Part shown: positions 48,902 through 61,749 of the stretch, one piece after another
Numbering within the stretch: position 1 is the first letter of the stretch
Layout of the letters: every line of letters starts with the position of its first letter
From: Eutreptiella sp. 'Long Island Sound 2002'
Lineage: Eukaryota > Protista > Euglenida
Assembly: GCA_964036045.1 (NCBI GenBank)
Contig: OZ038378.1
Coordinates: 146,506,001-146,570,000 of the forward strand
Direction of reading: 5' to 3'
DNA: 64,000 nucleotides
Notes under the pieces: model-generated
The model's input: only the letters and a program-made list of their open reading frames with translations
What the model was told of the DNA's origin: nothing
Database searches by the model: none
Made by a program: the position numbers and the translations under genes

Positions 48902-49942
48902 TCAATGGGCATGGCCGCAGTCGCCGCAGGTCCGATGCAGCTTGGACTCCTCCTCCGCAGCCGCCAGCAGCTCAGAGACTGCCGTGCCCTGCACCCCACC
49001 TTCTGCGCCATGATCCATCAGCAACTGCACTACGTCACGGTGTCCCGCTTCGGCTGCCAGCAGCACTGCCGGCCGCGCCGCGGCCGCCTGCAGCTGCACC
49101 TGTGCCTTGTGGGCCAACAGCAGCGCAACAATGTGCCGCGCCCCCCTCTGCGCCGCCACCATGAGTGGCGACAGCCCGCTTCCGTCCTGCAAATCCACGG
49201 CGGCCCGGTGCTCCAGCAGCAGGGCCACCAGGGCCTCGTCGTTGCGGTGAAGGGCCAACATCACGGCGCTGCGCCCGTCATCGTCCGTCGCGTTGACGTC
49301 GGCGTTGCACCGCAGCAACTCCGCCGCGACTTCCGGGTGCTGGTTGTGGACGGCCCACAGCAGCGACGACCGGGAGTACTCGCGGTCGCACGCCGACAGG
49401 TCCGCCCCGGCATCGATCAGCACCACCGCGACCTCCGTGCGGCCGTTGTGGCACGCGGACAGCAGAGGGGTCCATCCGTCCTCATCGGCCGCGTTCACGT
49501 CTATGTTCCGATTCAGCAGCAGCTTGACGACCTCCACGTGCCCATCCCCTGCGGCCATCGCAAGCGCCTCCGTCTGGGCGTGCGTTCGGGAGGGCATCAA
49601 GTCGCACAGCTCGCGCACGTCGTCGACGCGCCCGGACAGCACCGCCTCCATGAGCGTGCTGGGGCGAGCACGCGGGACTTCTTCCGTCAAGCTCATCATC
49701 ACGCTTGTCATGCCGAACTGCTGGCACACGGCCACCGGGGTGGTCAAGGCCGTGGTGGTGCCGGCCCCGGCGGTCGGCGCGGGGCCCGAGTGCAGGAGCA
49801 CGCGCTGCACATGAGAGGGGGCAATGCCCAGTGTGGAGGGGAGGCAGTCCGCGAGCGTCTGGGACGGGCAGAACGGGGCGATGTCGTCCCACAGGGTGGC
49901 CGCCCCCCTCCGAATGATGACCCGCAGGAACACCTTGTCCAT
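48902..49942 (-). CDS. Ankyrin-repeat protein (~7 repeats, 346 aa)
   Basis: GHVEVVKLLL, GWTPLLSAC, GLSPLMVAA, GHRDVVQLL. Uninterrupted ORF with high GC3. ATG at 49942 chosen as the likely start. Confidence 0.92.
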   Translation of the reverse strand: MDKVFLRVIIRRGAATLWDDIAPFCPSQTLADCLPSTLGIAPSHVQRVLLHSGPAPTAGAGTTTALTTPVAVCQQFGMTSVMMSLTEEVPRARPSTLMEAVLSGRVDDVRELCDLMPSRTHAQTEALAMAAGDGHVEVVKLLLNRNIDVNAADEDGWTPLLSACHNGRTEVAVVLIDAGADLSACDREYSRSSLLWAVHNQHPEVAAELLRCNADVNATDDDGRSAVMLALHRNDEALVALLLEHRAAVDLQDGSGLSPLMVAAQRGARHIVALLLAHKAQVQLQAAAARPAVLLAAEAGHRDVVQLLMDHGAEGGVQGTAVSELLAAAEEESKLHRTCGDCGHAH

Positions 49943-52900
49943 GCCCGTCTTGCAGACGGGGTGGTCGAAGAGCAAACACTTGAGAAGGGCATGAAATGAT
50001 CTTGTGCGCCACACCAAAAACTGTCCACCCCATGCCTCAAGGCTCGAACAAAGGGGGGTGAACCTTCAACCCAAAGACCAACGAATCCCCCCCCCCCCAC
50101 AATCCCTCCCACGTATGCCAAATAGCAAACACTTGAGAAGCACATAGGTTGTGCATCTCACAACAAAAAATCCCTCTCGCGGCTTCAAGGGTCAAAGAAG
50201 GGAGCGTGAACCTCTTGCTCGGGCCGTGAGGCTCGGTACCCTCTTTTTTAGCCCCTACCACTAAATCCATACAAAGCAGCCAAAATATCGGCTAGCACTC
50301 GAAAACTATTGGATAATGTTGCCATGCTCATGTTTCGAATGTGCATCACTCACCAAACTCATCAAACGATCACCGATTCGAGTGCATCACTCGCAGTCGA
50401 CCGAATGCCATAGAACCACCGAGTAGTATCGATGCGGTACAAAACTCGTCACCAAGGTACCCTCGCCAACCAACTTGAAGCCTTCGCAGGGAGGTACTTC
50501 GCATAGGCGCGCCATGTACCCCATCGCATGTCAACTGCCACACTGGCCCTGCTAGATACAGGACCGGATCCATACCACAACCCGAAGTTGATTTGACCAG
50601 CGTCGAACTGCCTCAGCTCGTTCCAAGAGAACGTGACGACAAAGGGCTCCACTTCATTACGGAGGTCTTGCACCGTTTTGTGTGCTCTTTGAATACCACC
50701 GAAATTTTAATTGACCTTGTAAACGAGATAGATCCTCTTCAAGGGTGCAGCGCGCATTCCGTGGCACCCTCGACGCCCCCTCCCGCCCTCTCGGCACGGC
50801 ACGGCACGGCACGGCACGCTTTCCCATGTCACGACACGTGTCGCGGCACACGCAGTGACGCCCCCCCCCCCTCCCCCCCCGCCTCGGTGTCATGGTGGCA
50901 CAGCCGGCACAGGTGGCACGCATGACACAAGTGCCACTCATCCCAGTACACGAACCATCGCGCACCGTGCCACGACATAGCCCAAGTGGCGGCCCCATGA
51001 CACGACACAGCTCAACCCCCCCCCTTCCCCCCCCCGCCACGGTCCGTGGCTCGGTAAGCTCCAAGCCCCTCTGCGCGCCTAGCCCCCCACCCCTCTCCCC
51101 ATGCCAACGCATGAAAACCCCCACGAACCCCCACCATAGTTTTTCAACGCGCACCGAGTGATGTGGTGTAACATGTATGGACGTCTTCAAAAAAATAAAT
51201 GTGCACAAGTTGGTGTAACCATGTCCAATCCATGCCACTTGTTGCAACAAAAATGCCTTCAAAGTGTGGTTACACATGCTAGCGAAGGTGGACTGAAATT
51301 CATGAAGGTATCTTGCAAGAAAATTTTTTGGGAGGCACACTTCTTGGAAAAAAAAAAAAGGTAGGGGTCGCGGCATGCAAACCAACAGCAACCAAAGTTG
51401 GACAAGTCCCATTGAAGATTGTTTGAGACCATGAATTCTTGCTAATGCATTCCGTGGCACAACACTATACCTTTGTGCTTCACCTAGCCACGTGCATGAT
51501 GTTGTCTACCATTTTCCGGAATTTTGAACCTCTACCCAAAGTAGTCCACTCGAACCAATCTCAATCGGCTGTAGTGGGTACAAGACTTTTGAGAATGGTC
51601 CATGACCTCCAATGTACATGAGGATGACCGACGTATAGGCTAACCATTGGGAGGGGGGGCACTGCATGCACCATGAAGTCTGGTGGGTAACCATGTAGTG
51701 CACCTTGTGCCCGGTGTCAAGCCTTTTCTTCGACGTGCTGGGCTTCCTACTAAGCAACGTAGTGGCGCTTTGGAATGCAAATTGCAAGTATGTCCTTGCC
51801 CTTGGGGGTCATATAGAGACATCCTCGTGACGTAGACACATGAGCGCTTTTGTGCACCCATGCATTTGAACACTGGTGAGGATTGACGATGTGACAATGG
51901 TTGTACAGAGGTGGTATCTATGCAGTTTGCATTGCTAGCGTTGAATGTTTAAATGTCGTCGAGGTGTGCAAGTGTTATTGAACTTGTCTCTTTTCTCATG
52001 ACGACAATGGGATGTTGTTTTCCACGTACCTCCCACAGTTGGCACGGCAAAACGCGAGGTAGCAAAGAGCTGATCAAAGTGACATTCAAAACCGAGCCGA
52101 AGCACAAGGATGATATGTGTGCTTTCACTCTTCGTTGCGTGTTTTGAGCAATGTGCATTCATATGATCATGAACCATTACTGCGGAATACCCTCGTTGAT
52201 ACCCAAAGCCGGGTAATGTATCAGGTAAGTCAATAAAGGGGGGTTGACGAAGGGGTGAGATCCGCCTTTCTGATTTTTCAAGTCACAATGTAGAAAATCA
52301 CACCAAAAATCCCATCTCAGCGTTAGAAAAGGGGTTTAATCACTAAGACACCACCCTAGTGTAGGGAGTGACGCTTTGTGCTTCTGTGGGCACTTGCTTC
52401 CTTTTCCTAGGGAGACCCATGCATGTCCCTAAAATCCTTGGTGCCGACACAAGTGAACAACTGGTGGCGGGGGAAACAAATTTTATAGCGCTACAAGATA
52501 GACGGCTAGCTTTTGAATACGCTAAAATGAGTCTTGCAACACGCAAAGGGCAAATCAACGGAGCGGCAAGCACTAGTCATCTCAGAGGTGAGAAACCCAA
52601 ATCCCAAGGAGCGCGTCAACAGGCAATAGAAAACATGGTTAGAAATCATCCATTTAGGCGGAAAAATAGACACTCAGAAAACGCTTATGTTACAAGGCAC
52701 GTGCCCAACCCATCTCGTGGTACTACTACGACACCTAAGTGGGCACGTTGCACCTGGCACAGCACGACAAAGCGCCAAAATCGTTCAATCCATAAAATTG
52801 TTGATTCAGCAGGCTCCATGATTGTGACCATCGCTGAAGGCTATAAAAAAACCTATAACACTTGTAGCATTTGCGGAGCCGCACTCAATTTACCATAATG

Positions 52901-53215
52901 TCACCCCTGTGCACAGCAGTGTACTGTACTGTCGCACGCGCGAGACGGTTAAGTACCGCTTCTGTAAACCACCAGTTACAGGTATAAAGTGACAACTGGC
53001 CCCACACGCAAAATTTTCCGCTGACCGGTACGTTCCTCTCCGTCGTTCGGGTTTCTCTCCCGCAGGAGGTGCCAATGGTGGCCCCCGATCGCGGCACCGC
53101 GGTCGGCGACGAACAGTTTTAACTGCTTACTTTTAGAGTCGATTTAATGGCCGATTTCGGCCGATTTTTGCATCGAATCTCGAGCTTCTCTTGCCTGTCC
53201 AAAATTTTTGAATGA

Positions 53216-53365
53216 CGACACGATTTCAATAGTAAGCCTACGCTACGTTCACTCTTACCCTCGTTGGCACGAAAGTGCCTAATGTATGCGACAGACAGTA
53301 CAGCAGTGTTTGAGAACATTGAAGGTGTAGTACAGGAAATGCGGGTGAAGGGTTACCCCCGGTCA
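53216..53365 (+). pseudogene. Penelope-like RT thumb fragment
   Basis: HDFNSKPTLRSLLPSLARKCLMYATDSTAVFENIEGVVQEMRVKGYP resembles the PLE pattern S-HP..K.SII..L..RA..ICS...F..E...L...NGYP. Upstream sequence is stop-interrupted. Confidence 0.42.
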
Positions 53366-56300
53366 TGGTGGCAGGACCACTTCAAAAAACCCCAGGACCA
53401 CTTCAAAAAACCCCTGCTCCGATATGGCCTGAACCCCACACACATGAAGTACCTCAATACCCTAATCGTACCTCCTCAGCCAGGAAACACACAACAGGGA
53501 GTCCTCAGGACCCCCTGTGTGGGAACCAAGCATTTGTTGTCTCTTGATATTCAATGACTGACCAGGAAAGCAATGAAAGCGCGTATCACGAATGGCGTGC
53601 TGAAATGTGGTGGAATTATCATGGAGTGTGCATGTGCTTGTTACAAACACATACCAATCCATATACTCTTCCGATTTCAGCCAATGGATTTCTACCACTG
53701 TTGAGTGTTCCCGCTTGCTCTCTTTCGTCATCCTTGATATGGATTTGTAATGCCCTCCAGACGTGTAATAAGCGTGTGCGCACTGATGAAGCGTTCGTCA
53801 ACCGGAGGAGGAAAATTTTTCCATCTTCAACAAAAAAATTGTCACTCGGGTGGCCGAGAACTTTTGTAATGTCCCAATTGGCTTGGTTTCGGTTGGGCCA
53901 TTATTGGACATGATAAGTCAAGTTTACTTATTTGAAACAGCGACCACAAATGACAAGGCACCCACCTCGGGTAATTTGTGATGTAGGCATGGGGGGCTCT
54001 TGACGTAGCTGGGGGAGGAATGGGAGAAAATCTTGCCAACTCTTGATGGATCACGTAAACTCGAATTGCTACGTAACTAATACCTTGGTAGCCAAGCAGA
54101 GGGGTGTGCGAAGGCCCCTCGATGGGAAACCGTAGCTTGCATGTGTCGACAATGAATGCACAAAAAAACCACCAAAGGACTTCTCCACTCACTTTGGGTT
54201 CACATGGCCACATCCATTACCGGTTGACCCATTCGACGCTTCCCCCCCCGTGTTGACCTCGGTGCTGTTTTTTGGGGGGAAGTTTTTATTCCAAGGGCTT
54301 CACGCCCGGTTTTTCTCCTCCACCCCCACCCTGTGTTGACTAGGCCATTTGGGACATTAGTAGACTTGCTCCAAGACGTCAGAATCTAAAGTCTTGGAAC
54401 ATTACGAGGGCCATTTGGGACATTCACGAGACATTTTTTTGAGACATTAATGGATCCTCGACATTTTACTGTTCATTATTCTTTCTCGCGTGAGGGGCGG
54501 GATAAGTTCTCGGTGAAAGTGAAAAGTCTAAAGAGAGCCCAAAACAAGGGTTGGGGTTTGTTCTTTTGGTGATGGAGAGGTGTGCTACAACTTTGATCGG
54601 TGTGGCCCAATCTTTGGGTGCTCATGGCACCATTTGTGGGTTGCTAGGGGCTGTGCAGCTCAGTCTGAGTTAACAATATAGTCCCCGATGTACTTTGGGG
54701 CCACTTACTTGTTCCAAAATCAGTGTTTGTGGTCCCCTCCGCCCCGTATTTTGAGGGTGCCGGGTTCAAAAAAAATGGGTCTCGTGGCTCCAAAGTCCAC
54801 TCCACCATCGACACAGGCGCATGTATCGTTGCGGGATCACCCTTGTTCTTCTAAGCATAGAAGGCTCGGGCGTGGTTTTGGTACGCTTGCGAGCGTTCGG
54901 GCACGTTGCACCCGGTTTCTCTCGAATAGGATCCCCCCCCATGCGGCGGTGACCCGGAACGGCGAAGTGCAAGGTCAATGTCAGACGCTCCTTCACAATA
55001 AGTGATAGATATGCATACAATTTCATTTCGTCGGTCTTTCATCGGTCGTTTCGTCGTAGTTCGTGGAGTCAATGAATTTTGCCTTGAAATCTTTGAAGGA
55101 TGGATCCACCTGCAAGAATTGTGCCACACATGGTTCAAATGCAAGCAAAGTGGAACTCACCCAAGGAGCGACAAATTGCATGCCGTAGGCCACTCGAAGG
55201 TTTCGGGTAGCCGAACTTGGGCGTTTCAACCGTTGCACGAGACTCGGCTTAGCAGCTCACGTTGACGAAGGCACAACTCAACGGCAACTGAACAATGAGT
55301 AGCAACTGAACAATGGAGAAAACCTCATGATGGATAAGCAAGATAAACACGTCCGACTCCTCATTGGCAAGGGCAAAGGCAAAAAGACACAGAAGCTAAG
55401 CATGTGTATGGTGTATGTGTTGGTGTGTGTGTGTGTTGTGGGGGTTGTAGAAAAAGCAAGTACGACTGTCGGCCATGTGCTCTTGATCATACACGAAAAT
55501 GAACCGAGCGAGAACTACACTGGGTGCACTTTGCATCAAGTTGCCCTTGTGCGTATGCCCGGCCCCATGCATGTCATTGTTGCTGGGTGTTCATTTTTTC
55601 CAACCGCAATTTACGTATGTTCGTTCCCTGATGCCTTCATCCCACACCATGTTACCGGTGCGCTTTGAAAAATTTCTTCTCAAGAGCAATGTGCCCAATG
55701 CCGTTAGATGCTCCACTAGAATTTGCTTGCTTGGCCATTGAAGGGGTAATGCGGCGCGCATGCAAATCACACTAGACAAACATGATGCGTTGTCGGCGTG
55801 CTTTGCATAGGATACGTGTTTCCGCCTTTCGCTAGGGCATGCCTCGCATGCTGAAGCGGCGCGGCGTCACCGTGCGGTGGTCTCATGGCCTCGATAAATT
55901 TTCGGGGATTCACGGGGACCTTCCGGGATATTGCCCTGCATGGCATCCTTCACATGCTCAACAAGAGGTTGCAACCTAGACAATCACCGGCGACAGCGGA
56001 TGCACCGTGCCCCGCAAACCCATCCATGTTAGGTTGTACGTTTGGCGTCCCATGTACCATTTGCATTACGACACCTCTATCGTATTGTCATTTGGCGCCT
56101 TGAGCAGTGCCGTGGCGGCGAGTGGTTCCCTTCCCCCTGCCAAATGTAGCTATGCAAGTGTGATGGTACTCAGCAGGCTGAAGGCGGGAGGCCCACATGC
56201 TATGTGTCTTTTTACATGCCTTGGTGTCTTGTGTCCTTGCAATCGAGTGAAAGTACCACGAAGGTGATCGTGGTCCCGGGAACATGTGCATCCTTGTCCA

Positions 56301-57720
56301 TGAACCCACCCGTATTTGCACCATGTGACACCTCATGGCCATGTGATCTTCCATTTTGTGGTATTTTGACCCGACATGGTAAGCATGACAATGAGGGCTA
56401 AGTGCAAGATGTGGTGTTTTGCTTTGGCATGCAATCTTCTGCACAAGTCCCGATTTTCTATTATTGTTTTTGTTGAAAAGTGGAAGGGTGCAAGAAGCAA
56501 GCGAACAAACGCTGCTAGGTTTTGTTGACCTCCCTATCTTGGGGGCTCTGCCTTTTGTGCAACTACACTGCTCCTGCTGTATTGCGTGTTGATTCTTCCC
56601 TGAGACTTGTGAGACATAGGTGTGTGGGTGGCTGGGCGCGCGCGTATGCGTGTATGCGTGCGGGTGGGTGGGTATGGGTGTCAATGTTAGTGGGTGAGTG
56701 CGGTGGGTGTGGGTGTGGGGGTGGGTGCCAAGGCGAGTGGGTGTGCGTGCGTGTCCGCGCGCGCGCATGATGGTGGTTTGTAAATGGGTGGCAGCATTAT
56801 AGTGTAGGGGGGGTTCATTGCGTGTGAGTTGATACGACTATTTGGATTGATAAGGTCCACGATTGGGTGAGGTGGCCTTCCCACGCTGACGTCAAGGTGA
56901 CATCCATCTGCGAAGGAGGTAGATGAGGGTTTTTGCGATGTCCACCAGGTTTGTTTGTGGGAGAATGAGAGTTTTTGACAAATGGGAGACGCAACTAGAA
57001 AGTTTGGAAAATGGAGTGTTGGTTATGAGTCTGGGGGTTGGGGTGTGGATGTTCCCGAGGTTTCGTGCAACTAGTGATAGCGTTGATGGTGATGGTGATG
57101 ATGATGATGGTGGTCGTGGTGGTGGTGGTGGTGATGATCATTCCACATCTTAGCAAAAACAACCACAATACAAATAATTGGGCATGCGCGCAAATCGAGC
57201 CGCTCAAGGTCATTTGTGCACGGAGGAATGTATTGTGTGCAAGCATGCCCACTTCGGTAACATGAAAGGATCCTTTGCTACAATGTGTTCGTCGTATACG
57301 GCGGAAACAAGGCGCCGGTGGGTGACGGGATCCGGCGTTCCATGACGGACTAGTCCGATCAAACCACCGCGCACAAGCTCGTAACAAATGGTGCACGCGA
57401 TTACCCCCCAACATCTAGTCAGTAACGGTCGCATTGAGAGCTACCCAAGAATATCCTTAGGAATGGTGGTGGCAAGCCGTAAGAGTGCACAATGTGTGCC
57501 CTCACACATTGTCAAGCACCAGCACCAAATGCTTTAAGGTAGGAAATGGGCGGAACCCAAGATAATGGCGCAGGCGGAACTCAAACTTGCGCAGTCAACC
57601 ACGTGCGCAAACGTTGATGGCACCGTTGGTATAGGGCTTCCTTTGCATTGTGTGCGTAGGAATTCCACCCCGCCACCTTCTTGCGGTTCCCTTCGCGACC
57701 CGTGTTGTGCTCGGTGAACG

Positions 57721-57735
57721 CTTTCCCTTCCACAG
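57721..57735 (+). promoter_or_regulatory. 3' splice or trans-splice acceptor upstream of the transporter ATG
   Basis: CTTTCCCTTCCACAG ends 10 nt before the ATG at 57746. Confidence 0.5.
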
Positions 57736-57745
57736 CCCTTTGAAC

Positions 57746-59365
57746 ATGGAGTCTCCCGGTGAACTGAGTCCGCTGTTGCGGGTCGACTTTACCTCCGGCT
57801 CGCAAGGGCGCCTTGAGCGGAGCGAATCGATGGGACTCGGCCGTACCTACCAGTTCACGCCCGAGTCCAAAATGGTCGAGACATGGGACGTGTCGGACGT
57901 GTGCTCGTGGCTGCAAAGCCACGAAAACTTGGAATGGCTGCGGGAGGCGGAGCACGGGTCGCTTGTGCGGCGGCTGCTCCGGGAGTGCCGCGTCCAAGAC
58001 ATCGATGGGGTCACCCTCTTGAGGCTCACGGACGCGGACCTCAAAGAGTTGGGCCTCACCAAAATCGGGGACCGGAAGCGGCTGCTGCACGCCATCGAGA
58101 CCCTGCACAACATCAAGTGGTCCACCGTCCTGATCGAGACGCTGATCCCCTCCGGGTCCGTGGCGGGGGCCACGTTCAATCTGTGCAGCGCCGTGATGGG
58201 GGCGGGCGCCCTGTCCCTGCCGTACGCGTTCGCGAAGGCGGGGGTCGCGCTGACGATGTTCCTCCTGCTGCTGTCGGCCTACGCCACGATCTACACCATC
58301 CGCCTCCTGATCTACGTGTTCGAGCACAGCAACACCCGCACCTTCGAGGACTCCATCGAGGGCATCGCCGGCCGGAAGGTCGGCGTCCTCGTGGAGGTGC
58401 TGTCGATTCTGTTCTGCTTTGGCTGCGCGGTGGCGTACGTCATCGTCATGGGCGACGCCCTGCAGTCCATTCTGGGGTGGCTCAGCCTTGACCTGGACGT
58501 CAATGCGCTGACCGTGTTCTTCGCCGCCGTGTGCTTCCTGCCCCCGTCCTGCTACAAGCACATCGACTCCCTCCGCATCTGCAGCTTCATTGGCCTCCTG
58601 GCCATGGGCTACGTCGTGCTCACGACGTGGCAGAACTCGTACCAGCACAAGACGTGGGCCCCGGGGGTCTCCATGTTGAAGTTGGACTGGCGCACGGCTG
58701 CAGCCATGCCGATCGTGCTGTTTGCGTATTCGTGTCAAGTGAACGTGTGGCCCATCTACGACGAACTCAGGGCAGGGGACGACATTCAGAAGCGGCGCGA
58801 CATGATGATGCGGGCCAGTTATGCGTCCATTGTCATCTGCGTGCTGGTGTATTCCTTGATTGGCTGGTACGGGTATCGATCCTTCGGAAGCGCCACGGAG
58901 GGGAACATCATCCTTAACTTCTCCCCGGACACCGCCCCCTACGCATCCCTGTGTATGCTGGTCAGCGTGTTCGCCGCGTTCCCCATGAACTTCTACCCCA
59001 TGCGGCAGGCCATCAATCAGCTGGTGCACAAGGACGACCGCTCCCAACTGGAGTTCAAGAGAGGGCGCGTGTACCCCGTGCTCAAGGACAACACGGCGCA
59101 CTTCCTGCAGACCTTCGTGCTGGTGGCCCTGATCGTGGCGCTGGGCATCCTCGTGCCCCATGTCAACGTGGTGTTCCAGCTGATCGGGTCCCTGGTGTCC
59201 TCCACTTTGTGCTTCATCTTGCCCGCGTACCTGTCCATTCTGGTGGAGGGCAAAGGGCAGACCTCCGTCTGCCGCACGTTGATCGGGAACGTTGGGCCGT
59301 TGGCGTTGATTGTGTTCGGCGTCTTCGTGGCCGTGCTTGGGACGTTGGTGACGATTCTGTACTAG
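57746..59365 (+). CDS. Amino acid transporter (AAAP/SLC38-like, Aa_trans) with N-terminal SAM domain, 539 aa
   Basis: SAM: WDVSDVCSWL...IDGVTLLRLTDADLKELGLTKIGDRKRLLHAI. Transporter: FNLCSAVMGAGALSLPYAF, FAYSCQVNV, GYRSFG, about 11 hydrophobic segments. Intronless. Confidence 0.95.
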   Translation: MESPGELSPLLRVDFTSGSQGRLERSESMGLGRTYQFTPESKMVETWDVSDVCSWLQSHENLEWLREAEHGSLVRRLLRECRVQDIDGVTLLRLTDADLKELGLTKIGDRKRLLHAIETLHNIKWSTVLIETLIPSGSVAGATFNLCSAVMGAGALSLPYAFAKAGVALTMFLLLLSAYATIYTIRLLIYVFEHSNTRTFEDSIEGIAGRKVGVLVEVLSILFCFGCAVAYVIVMGDALQSILGWLSLDLDVNALTVFFAAVCFLPPSCYKHIDSLRICSFIGLLAMGYVVLTTWQNSYQHKTWAPGVSMLKLDWRTAAAMPIVLFAYSCQVNVWPIYDELRAGDDIQKRRDMMMRASYASIVICVLVYSLIGWYGYRSFGSATEGNIILNFSPDTAPYASLCMLVSVFAAFPMNFYPMRQAINQLVHKDDRSQLEFKRGRVYPVLKDNTAHFLQTFVLVALIVALGILVPHVNVVFQLIGSLVSSTLCFILPAYLSILVEGKGQTSVCRTLIGNVGPLALIVFGVFVAVLGTLVTILY

Positions 59366-59919
59366 GCCGAGGAGGAGGGGCGGCCGAGTGAAGTCAGGGT
59401 TGCGTGAAGGCCGTCTGGGCCGTCGGCAGCCGGCGCTCTGCGTTCGGCAGTTGGTCCCCAACCGTTGGTGATAGACGGTTAACTCTGGTAACCGACGGCG
59501 GTCGCTGCGCCTTGTCTAAGTTGGGGCGTCACGCAGTTGGCAGTTCTTTGCCCTCGACAGCCATGGTGGGCAAACGTGTGGCCACGCGGAGCCACGGGGA
59601 ACTCCACAAGTCCCCGTGTTCGGCACGAGGAGCGGGCTGCCGGGACAGTGCCCTGCATGGTCGCAGGAGGACGTATTCTCAGCCCTCCTGGTGTGGCGGA
59701 CAGTGAGAATTGTAAGGGGGTGTGCAAGGGGATGCCCCCATGAGGTCAAGTGCCGTAGCCGTCTGGATCTCATGCAATCGACGTTTCCATTTTCCGAAAG
59801 GGACCATGCAGCCAGGGCCTTCTCCGGGCGTCAGTGCTCCCCAGCACATGCCTCGCCCCTCTGTATGGGCGGGGCACCCACGGGCACTGTTGCTCAACAA
59901 GTTGAAGAACGCTGTCTAC

Positions 59920-61090
59920 AATCCACAGATCACGATCTACAAACTACACATTGGTGACGACATGTTGCAGATGGGGGTCCACAGACCACCTGATGCTTTT
60001 TTTGAAGGGGCGCTGAATGTTGTCTCTTCGTGTCCATAACCTGAAGGTCGTGTTCACAATGGCCATCGTTGTGCACGACCTATGCACTGTGTCTACAAGT
60101 TGCAGATTTCACTGTCTACAGACTGCACATTGGTGTCTATTTCTTCAAACTACCGAACGATCCTAATTTGCTGCAGGGAAACAGCTTCACAACAGAATTC
60201 GGAGAAAAAGAAGAACAAGAAGTACCACACATTTGATGCGCATTGACATTTCTTCAACACTGCATACGGACATCTGTTGCATGACAAGCTGGGTGGTCAG
60301 TCCCATGGCGTGTGATCCATCTTTCTGGGATTTTGGGGCTTTGGGAGGTTTGGATGATCTTGGCATGTTTGGGTAGAGCATTCTTTTGCAGACTCCCTTC
60401 TAAGGTAGACACCAGTCTGTAGTTTGAAGCAGTTGTTGCACGAAGCCCCCCCCCCCCTCACACCTTGGAGGTGGGACTACAGATTGGTGTCTACCTGTTC
60501 CAGGTTGGAGTCTACAGCCCACTGGGAGCCTTTTACAAGGGCACCCTTCAGGCCCCTTCCGAAACCTTGTCTCTTTGCGTCTACAACATGGAGGCAGTGT
60601 CTACAATGGGCATCGGTGTACACCACCTATCCATGGTGTCTACAACACTTGGTCCCTGGCCTCGGCACAGATGCGTACATACGTGTGTGTACAGCTCACG
60701 CATACGTATGCCCCTAAATACACAGGTATGTTGTGTTCACGTGTAGGTATACGCATACACATATGCGATGTATAGGTGACGTATGCACAACAGCTACCCG
60801 ACAGGTACGCATAGACGTGTACGCATATATCCGCATATGCCACTGCCACGCATGTTGCAGAATGGGGTCTACAGCCCACTCACTGCATTTTGCAATGGTG
60901 CCCTTCGAGCCCTCTCCATATATTGTATCTTGGTGTCGGTGGTGTCCCAAAGGGGCATGGCTGTACACCACCTATCTATTGCCCACGAACCACAGATCTA
61001 TCTGCAAACTACACATTGGTGTCTGCATCTACGGACCACTCAATGCTTTTTGCAAAGGGGTGCGTCCTAAATGTTGTCTCTTTACATCTA
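59920..61090. repeat. Locally duplicated modules with TACG/CATA-rich low complexity
   Basis: ~59925-60030 recurs at ~60990-61085 (CAAACTACACATTGGTG...AATGTTGTCTCTT). TGTACACCACCTATC occurs at ~60616 and ~60962. GTCTACAGCCCACT occurs at ~60510 and ~60867. Confidence 0.7.
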
Positions 61091-61749
61091 TAACATGCGG
61101 GCAGTGTCCGCAATGGGTATTGGTGGACATCGCTCGTGCACAGTGTCTACAAAGTTACCAATTGGCGTTGGACCACAGATGGCACGGGTGCAAGGGGGCG
61201 GAGGGGGCTGGGAGTTTTGGGTTTGTATTTGAACTGATGTTAAGGCACACAGGATGCCTAGAGATGGGCGCACAACGGGTTCCATGACAACTTTGCTCAC
61301 CGGCCTGCATGTGACGCATTCCCAGTGGTTTCTTGAAGCCAGTGAAGAAGAGGGCGACCGTGGGGTAAGTGACAGTGACATTGACTCCGGGTCCAGCTGG
61401 TGTTCGCTGCCTGTCCCATCAGGATACGTATACCTGGCTGTGAGGATCAATAAATGACCATAAGGCATTGAGGTCGTGTATGTAGTGCAGCTGAGCTTCA
61501 CTGATTTTGACTGTTCGAATTGTATGAACTGTTTGAGCTACAGCGCATGGTGGGGCATTGTGCCTCTCTCATGCCCTGCCAACTGTCCACGCATTCTTTG
61601 TAATCAGACTCCAGTCATGGCAACACCGTTTTCTTCCAACCACTCCCCAGGGAATGCCCAGCAAAGGTTGGGTCCCTGCTGTTCCGTGTTCCCGCTACTA
61701 CGATGGTCAGACACGGTACGCCAACCAGGAAATAACAAGAGAAGTACCA

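Noticed and set aside
50449-50673. WNELRQFDAG, resembling a glycerophosphodiesterase motif
   Set aside because: A single short motif with no other GDPD residues and no clear splice sites.
52368-52898. TnpB/Fanzor suggested by TCSICG
   Set aside because: No RuvC motifs, and no second CxxC followed by DRDxNA.
54700-56000. Protein-like minus-strand fragments
   Set aside because: Short, interrupted and unrecognised.
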